DNA from: Candidatus Omnitrophota bacterium
Lineage (GTDB): Bacteria; Omnitrophota; Gorgyraeia; Gorgyraeales; Gorgyraeaceae
Length of the DNA stretch: 64,000 nt
Reading direction: 5' to 3'
Assembly (NCBI GenBank): GCA_026387235.1
Contig: JAPLMD010000042.1
Coordinates: 3,185 to 67,184 of the forward strand
The position numbers were made by a program, and so were the translations under genes. This document shows, in pieces, positions 57,865 through 64,000 of this stretch (the stretch's first letter is position 1; each line of letters starts with the position of its first letter). The notes beneath the pieces were generated by a model, which searched no databases, was not told where the DNA came from, and saw only the letters and a program-made list of their open reading frames with translations.

Positions 57865-59231
57865 AACTCCTCCTTTTTTATCCTTATTCCAAGTTCCTTT
57901 AGCTGTTTTTCATCTACCGGCGACGGCGCTTCTGTCAACGGACAGACCGCCTTTTGCGTTTTTGGAAAAGCTATTACATCCCTTATCGTATCCGAGCCTG
58001 CCATCAACGCTATGAGCCTGTCCAGGCCGAGCGCAATGCCTCCGTGCGGAGGCGCGCCATATTCAAATGCCTCCAGTAAAAATCCAAAACGCTCTTTCGC
58101 CTCTTCCATGCTCAAACCTATGCGTTTAAATATCTTTTCCTGTAAATCTCTCTTATGAATCCTTATGCTGCCTGAGGCTATCTCAACGCCGTTTACGACA
58201 AGGTCGTAAGCCCTAGACCTGACCTTGTCCGGATCTTTTTCTATCAAATCTATATCTTCCACCAAAGGATACGTAAACGGGTGATGTTCCATGTCCCATT
58301 TTTTTTCTTCTTCGTTGTATCTGAATAAAGGAAAACTCGTAACCCACAAAAATTGGAATCCGGCCTTATTTTCTCTTATATCAGGCTTATCTGAATTGTA
58401 TTTTTCCATCGCCTCTTTATAAGACATCCTGGGGAACGGGATCTTCAGTTCCAGCCCTATCGTCTCTTTAAATACATAAAAAAGCAGCTTTTCTATTATC
58501 GCGAATATCTCTTCTTCGTCCGTAAAAGAAAGCTCCATGTCCAGCTGTGTAAATTCAGGCTGCCTGTCCGCCCTCAGGTCCTCATCCCTGAAACACTTGG
58601 CTATCTGAAAATACCTCTCAAGGCCCGACACCATCAATAACTGCTTGAACAGTTGAGGAGACTGCGGAAGCGCAAAAAACCTTCCGTGATTCAACCTGGA
58701 CGGAACCAGAAAATCCCTGGCGCCTTCAGGAGTGGATTTTGTAAGTATCGGCGTTTCCACCTCTATAAAATCCTTTTTATCCAGAAAATCCCTCATTGAT
58801 TTTATTATCTTATGCCGCAATATGAGTTTTTTCTGGACCAAAGGCCTTCTTAAATCAATATACCTGTATTTCAACCTTACCTCTTCCGATATCTCGTTCG
58901 CACTATCCAGTTCAAAAGGAGGCGTGAGAGACGGGTTAAGTATCTCTAGTTCTTCAACGCCTAGCTCAACCTCGCCCGTAGGTATATCCGGATTTTCTGT
59001 GCCTTTCGGCCTTTGCTGCACTACGCCTTTCACGGCTATGACGTATTCGCTGCGAAGCTCTTCAGCGGCTTTCATTTTAAAAAATACTATCTGGGTCATG
59101 CCGTACCTGTCGCGCACATCCACAAAAATCAATTTTCCATGGTCTCGTCTTTTGTTCACCCAGCCTGTCAGAATCGCTTTCTCGCCTATATTCTTAACTG
59201 TCAAATCCCCGCATGTATGCGTCCGCTTCAT
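57861..59231 (-). CDS. aspS: Aspartate--tRNA ligase, bacterial type lacking the GAD domain
   Basis: [51 protein letters not shown]. Confidence 0.95.
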   Translation of the reverse strand: MKRTHTCGDLTVKNIGEKAILTGWVNKRRDHGKLIFVDVRDRYGMTQIVFFKMKAAEELRSEYVIAVKGVVQQRPKGTENPDIPTGEVELGVEELEILNPSLTPPFELDSANEISEEVRLKYRYIDLRRPLVQKKLILRHKIIKSMRDFLDKKDFIEVETPILTKSTPEGARDFLVPSRLNHGRFFALPQSPQLFKQLLMVSGLERYFQIAKCFRDEDLRADRQPEFTQLDMELSFTDEEEIFAIIEKLLFYVFKETIGLELKIPFPRMSYKEAMEKYNSDKPDIRENKAGFQFLWVTSFPLFRYNEEEKKWDMEHHPFTYPLVEDIDLIEKDPDKVRSRAYDLVVNGVEIASGSIRIHKRDLQEKIFKRIGLSMEEAKERFGFLLEAFEYGAPPHGGIALGLDRLIALMAGSDTIRDVIAFPKTQKAVCPLTEAPSPVDEKQLKELGIRIKKEEL

Positions 59232-59235
59232 CTTA

Positions 59236-60483
59236 TTATCTCCGTAATTCTATTATTATTTTTTCCAATTCCACTTCTTTCTGGCTATGGTTCTCCATAT
59301 CCCTGACGATGACTTTTTTATTCTTGATTTCTTCCTCTCCAAGGATAACAACAAATTTAGCGCCGAGTTTTTCAGCTTTTCTCATCTGCGCTTTTAAACT
59401 TTTTGTATCATAATCTATTTCGCCTGCGATGCCTGAGCGGCGTAAAGAATACAGTAATTTAAAAGCCTCGCCGCAAAATCCTTCTCCGGCAACCGCAACG
59501 AAAACATTGGCCCTTGGGCGGAGAGCATGAGGCATAGAGCCCTTTTCCAGCGCCAACGCTAACCTCTCCATGCCAAACGCAAATCCAATCGCAGGCGTAT
59601 CATTACCATCAAGCTCTTTGATTAGATTATTATATCTTCCGCCCGCGCATATGGCGTCTTTTGCCCCTAGATCATTCTGCGTTATTTCAAACACGGTCTT
59701 AGTGTAATAATCAAGACCTCTTACTATTTTATAGTCTACCGCGTATTCAATGCCTATAATATCCAAGCCTTTTTTAACTTTTTCAAAATGATCCGCGCAG
59801 TCGCCGCATAGCGCGCTTTCCACGGCAATATTCTCCGCAATAGTCTTGCAGGAAGGCTCTTTGCAATCAAATATCCTCAGCACGTTTTTATCGAAACGGC
59901 CCTTGCAGGTTTCGCATAATTTTTCAAGATAAGGTTTGAAACTCTTTTTATGCCTTTCCATTACGCTAATTTTATCTTTCTGGCAGCCCAGGCTGTTTAA
60001 TTTTATATGAAACTTTTTAATGCCGAGCTGCTCCAGAAATCCTGCCGCGAGCGCAACAACCTCCGCGTCAATAAGCGGATTATCAGATCCTATTGCCTCG
60101 ACCCCTATCTGATAGAACTGCCTCTGCCTGCCCTGCTGAGGCCTTTCGCTCCTGAACATCGGGCCTATGTAAAATAACTTGGAAACCCCGCCTGCCTGAA
60201 ATAGAGAATTTTCTATGTACGCGCGCACGATGGAAGCCGTAGCCTCAGGCCTCAGGGCAATAGACCTCCCGCCTCTATCAGAAAAAACATACATCTCTTT
60301 CTGGACAATGTCAGTCGCATCGCCTATGCTTCTTATAAATAAAGAAGCATCTTCTATTACAGGCGTCTTTATCTCTTTATACCCATATATATTAAATATA
60401 TCCCTGCCGCTGGATTCAATGTATTGCCATAAACCTATTTCATCGGGCAATATATCCTTTGTGCCGCGTAAAGCTTTTATCAT
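59236..60483 (-). CDS. hisS: Histidine--tRNA ligase
   Basis: RGTKD, LRPEATA, FR.ERPQ.GR.RQF.Q, VRGLDYY, GGRY, G.ER. Confidence 0.97.
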   Translation of the reverse strand: MIKALRGTKDILPDEIGLWQYIESSGRDIFNIYGYKEIKTPVIEDASLFIRSIGDATDIVQKEMYVFSDRGGRSIALRPEATASIVRAYIENSLFQAGGVSKLFYIGPMFRSERPQQGRQRQFYQIGVEAIGSDNPLIDAEVVALAAGFLEQLGIKKFHIKLNSLGCQKDKISVMERHKKSFKPYLEKLCETCKGRFDKNVLRIFDCKEPSCKTIAENIAVESALCGDCADHFEKVKKGLDIIGIEYAVDYKIVRGLDYYTKTVFEITQNDLGAKDAICAGGRYNNLIKELDGNDTPAIGFAFGMERLALALEKGSMPHALRPRANVFVAVAGEGFCGEAFKLLYSLRRSGIAGEIDYDTKSLKAQMRKAEKLGAKFVVILGEEEIKNKKVIVRDMENHSQKEVELEKIIIELRR

Positions 60484-60497
60484 ATTTTATATAAAAA

Positions 60498-60782
60498 TTA
60501 TTTTACCTTTGCCTTCATGATGAGGCCGGGTTTGAATATGGCTACTTTTTTAGGCTGAACAGGGACTTGTGCGCCTGTCCTGGGATTGCGGCCCATGCGG
60601 CCTTTCCTTGACTTTGTCTTAAACACGCCGAAATTCCTGAGCTCTATTTTTTCGCCTCTGGCCAGCGCGTCAACGATAACATCAAACGTCATCTGTACGA
60701 CTTTTTTAACATCTATCTGCTTAATATTGGTGTCTGTCGCAATCTTCATTACAATGTCTTTTTTGGTCATACTCTTCCCCAT
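60498..60782 (-). CDS. HU/IHF family DNA-binding protein
   Basis: IELRNFGVF, GRNPRTG, FKPG; upstream TTGACA-17-TACACT and SD AAGGAGG. Confidence 0.95.
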   Translation of the reverse strand: MGKSMTKKDIVMKIATDTNIKQIDVKKVVQMTFDVIVDALARGEKIELRNFGVFKTKSRKGRMGRNPRTGAQVPVQPKKVAIFKPGLIMKAKVK

Positions 60783-60909
60783 AATAAGCCTCCTTGGTTT
60801 TTTTATATCTATCGTAAATATAATGGGTAGTGTAACAGGTTAAGCTGCTATTGTCAAACGAATTCTGGATAGTTATTCTTTCCGGATGGCAGGATCAACA
60901 GTATTAAAA

Positions 60910-63900
60910 TTAACTTTTCTCGAATTTGATGTGTTCTTTGCCGATGAGGGTTTCCAGTTCCCCGGCGAGTTCATTGGTAGGGCTCACGAAAAGTTTTCTA
61001 TCTATAAGCTGGCGGTAGGAACCGTTTGTCTTTGTTGAAAAATTAAGGTAGACAGGCGTATCGCCTTGATATCTGCTGAACACACTTCTCAACCTTCCAA
61101 AAAGTTCCTCATCCATACCCTGGGATAAAAGTTCTATTGAAACAGACTGGGTAAATTTTTTTCTTGCATCAGAAATAGGGATAATTTCTTCAACTATTAT
61201 CTTCGGCCTTTCTTCTTTAAGGCTCAGTCTGCCATTTACAAATATGGCCACATTGGGCACTATATATTTAGCAACATTCTTGTATGAATTCGGGAACACA
61301 AGCGCTTCCACGCTGCCTTCCATGTCTTCAATCATCATGATAGCCATCTTCTCACCGGAGCGTTTCGTAACCGTATTCTTTATCTTATTTATTATGCCGC
61401 CAAACCAAACCTTCTGCCCGTCTTCCAGATTCTTTAGCCCTACGCTTCCGGACGTAGAATACTCTTTCAGTATTTTCTCATACTTGGCAAGCGGATGGCC
61501 TGTGATATAAAATCCTATCATATCTTTTTCAAAATTGAGCAGCTGGCTTTCAGGCCACTCCTTGATATCAGGCGTATGATGGGATCGGCTTGTTTCTTTA
61601 AAAAGAGTCATCTGGCCCGTAGCTGATTCTTTGTTCGCCGCGCCTGCCGCATCCATCACTTCGCCCAATATAGCCATCAGCTGCGCCCTCTTTAAACCCA
61701 CACTATCAAACGCCCCGCATTTTATCAGGCTCTCCAAAACTTTTTTATTCGCGAGCCTTGAATCAGTCCACTCGCAGAATTCATATAAATTATTAAACCG
61801 CCCGTGTTTCTTCCTCGCATCTATTATTGATTCTATTGCGCCCTCTCCGACATTCTTAACAGCGCTCAGGCCGAATCTTATTTCATTTTCATTTATCATA
61901 GTGAAGTTTGCATAACTCTCATTAACGTCTGGCGGCAATATCTTTATGCCCATGCGCTCTGCTTCGTCTATGTATTCAACTATCTTATCGGTGTTATCTT
62001 TTTCACTTGTCAGCAATGCTGTCATGAATTCAACAGGATAGTTGGCTTTGAGATACGCAGTCCTGTAAGAGATCATCGCGTATGCAGCTGAATGACTTTT
62101 GTTAAAACCGTATCCTGCAAAATGTTCTATTAAACTAAATATTTTTTCCGCAATCCTTTTGTCGATCTTATTCTTTACAGCGCCGTCTATAAACGCCTTT
62201 TTCTGCTGTTCCATTATCTCCGGAGTTTTCTTGCCTATCGCCCTTCTTAAAATATCTGCCTGGCTAAGCGAAAAGCCCGCGAGGCTTGAAACTATCATCA
62301 TTACCTGCTCCTGATACACGATAATGCCGTATGTTTCCTTAAGGCTCGCCTCAAGAAGAGGGTGATCATATCTCACATCTATTTTTCCATGTTTGCGTTT
62401 CATGTAATCGTCCAGCATTCCGCTTCCTATAGGGCCTGGTCTGTATAACGCGAGAAGAGCTATTATATCTTCAAACTTTTCAGCTTTCAATTTCCTTAAT
62501 AAATCCCTCATGCCTGAACTTTCTAACTGGAATATGCCCGTGGATTCCGCGTTGTTAAAAAGTTTATAAGTCTTGGGGTCATCCATTGGCATGTCTTCGA
62601 CTTTCAGATTTATCCCATTCACTCTGTTTATTATTTTGAGCGCTTCCTGAATAACGGTCAGAGTCCTCAAACCCAGAAAATCCATTTTCAAAAGCCCAAT
62701 CTTCTCAAGCGAACCCATCGCGTAGCCGGTGGATATCTGTCCATCGCTAGTTTTAAAAAGCGGCGCATGATTGGTCAAGGAATCTTCGCTTATAACAACG
62801 CCTGCGGCGTGAGTAGAGGCGTGGCGCGTAAGTCCTTCGAGTTTTTTCGAAACATTGATAAGCTCTCTCACTTTTGAATCTTCTTTGCAGAGCTTTGCAA
62901 GCTCGGGCTCTTCGTCAAGCGCGCGCTCGAGGGTCATATCAGGGTCCATCGGCACAAGTTTTGCTATCTTATCCACGTCCGCGTAAGGAAGATTCATCGC
63001 CCTTCCGACATCTCTTATAACCGCCTTGGCTGCCATGGTCCCGAACGTTATGATCTGGGCCACATTATCCTTGCCGTATTTTTGAATAACATATTCTATA
63101 ACCTCGCCTCTTTTTTCATAACAGAAATCTATGTCTATATCAGGCATGCTGACGCGCTCGGAATTCAAAAATCTTTCAAAGAGAAGGTTATATTTCAAGG
63201 GGTCTATGTCTGTTATTCCAAGAAGATAGCTGACAATGCTTCCAGCCGCAGAACCTCTTCCGGGGCCCACTGCTATGCCTTTTGACTTCGCGTAATTAAT
63301 AAAATCCCACACTATGAGAAAATAACTCGTGTAGCCGGCTTTAGTAATAACCTTAAGTTCATTTTCAAGCCTGCCTTTTATCTGGATAGTCACTTCTTTG
63401 TATCTATGCCTGAGATTTTCTTCGCATAAATCCTTTAGGTATTTTTCGCGCGTCACACCTTCCGGAACAGTATAATGAGGGAGAAATGTTTTCTTAAAAT
63501 CCAGCTCAAGATTGCATCTCTCGGCTATCTTTATCGTATTTGAAATGGCCTCAGGCACATCCTTGAAAAGCGCTTTCATTTCATCGCCGGATTTAAAATA
63601 AAACTGATCTGTCTGTAGTTTCATGCGGTCAGGATCGTCAAGCGTTGTCTGAGTCTGTATGCAAAGGAGCGCTTCGTGGGCCTTTGCGCTGTCTCCGGTG
63701 AGATAATGCACGTCATTCGTGGCTACAAGACCTATGCCCAGCTCCTTGCCCAATCTTATAAGTTCCTTGCTTACTTCTTTCTGCTCCTGGATACCGTTAT
63801 CCTGCAATTCAAAATAAAAATTTTCCTTGCCGAGAATGTCGCGGTATTCGGCCGCGAGCTGTTTAGCTTTTTCTTCTTTATTGTTCATCACTGAACGAGG

Positions 63901-64000
63901 GATTTCGCCTTTCAAGCAGCTCGAGAGACCTATCAATCCTTTTGAATACTGCGCCAGCACCTCTTTGTCAATCCTCGGCTTATAATAGAACCCTTCCAGA
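60910..64000 (-). CDS. dnaE: DNA polymerase III alpha subunit, 5' end beyond window
   Basis: GFYYKPRID, GPGRGSAAGS, FERFLN.ER.SMPDIDIDF, KMDFLGL, FAGYGFNKSH. Confidence 0.97.
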   Translation of the reverse strand, partial: LEGFYYKPRIDKEVLAQYSKGLIGLSSCLKGEIPRSVMNNKEEKAKQLAAEYRDILGKENFYFELQDNGIQEQKEVSKELIRLGKELGIGLVATNDVHYLTGDSAKAHEALLCIQTQTTLDDPDRMKLQTDQFYFKSGDEMKALFKDVPEAISNTIKIAERCNLELDFKKTFLPHYTVPEGVTREKYLKDLCEENLRHRYKEVTIQIKGRLENELKVITKAGYTSYFLIVWDFINYAKSKGIAVGPGRGSAAGSIVSYLLGITDIDPLKYNLLFERFLNSERVSMPDIDIDFCYEKRGEVIEYVIQKYGKDNVAQIITFGTMAAKAVIRDVGRAMNLPYADVDKIAKLVPMDPDMTLERALDEEPELAKLCKEDSKVRELINVSKKLEGLTRHASTHAAGVVISEDSLTNHAPLFKTSDGQISTGYAMGSLEKIGLLKMDFLGLRTLTVIQEALKIINRVNGINLKVEDMPMDDPKTYKLFNNAESTGIFQLESSGMRDLLRKLKAEKFEDIIALLALYRPGPIGSGMLDDYMKRKHGKIDVRYDHPLLEASLKETYGIIVYQEQVMMIVSSLAGFSLSQADILRRAIGKKTPEIMEQQKKAFIDGAVKNKIDKRIAEKIFSLIEHFAGYGFNKSHSAAYAMISYRTAYLKANYPVEFMTALLTSEKDNTDKIVEYIDEAERMGIKILPPDVNESYANFTMINENEIRFGLSAVKNVGEGAIESIIDARKKHGRFNNLYEFCEWTDSRLANKKVLESLIKCGAFDSVGLKRAQLMAILGEVMDAAGAANKESATGQMTLFKETSRSHHTPDIKEWPESQLLNFEKDMIGFYITGHPLAKYEKILKEYSTSGSVGLKNLEDGQKVWFGGIINKIKNTVTKRSGEKMAIMMIEDMEGSVEALVFPNSYKNVAKYIVPNVAIFVNGRLSLKEERPKIIVEEIIPISDARKKFTQSVSIELLSQGMDEELFGRLRSVFSRYQGDTPVYLNFSTKTNGSYRQLIDRKLFVSPTNELAGELETLIGKEHIKFEKS

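Noticed and set aside
72-63894. Many + strand ORFs of 60-210 aa in the ORF track
   Set aside because: They are antisense shadows of well-supported minus-strand genes with no recognisable motifs; only 23868-24212 and 30700-31398 are credible.

Overview
AT-rich bacterial chromosomal window, almost all genes on the minus strand. The organism is an anaerobic diderm, probably Candidatus Omnitrophota (inferred from gene content only). Contents from the left: a Wood-Ljungdahl cluster (fhs-fchA-folD-metF-cooC-cooS-cooF-FAD oxidoreductase-acsB, cut by the window edge) directly after rpsP-trmD-rplS-rnhB-yraN; core genes (murA, prmC, prfA, rpmE, rho, coaE, polA); a c-di-GMP-rich region (HD-GYP protein, REC-GGDEF-MshEN protein, two c-di-GMP-I riboswitches); a REP-associated tyrosine transposase (RAYT-like) between palindromic REP doublets; a porin; tRNA-Arg(CCT); and a long dnaE-HU-hisS-aspS...glyQS-ppdK-sigma-apt run. 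The most unusual signals are non-coding. (1) Eight copies of a two-hairpin element keep the same fold with covarying stems, GNA triloops and tandem G.A pairs, and five of them abut a Shine-Dalgarno sequence; several other G.A-type hairpins accompany them. (2) A c-di-GMP riboswitch with its own promoter and terminator has no downstream gene and points antisense into a diguanylate cyclase gene. (3) A second leader shares that riboswitch's terminator/antiterminator sequence but holds a leaderless 12-codon uORF. (4) Six genes look leaderless. All calls were made by eye; no database searches or folding programs were run.
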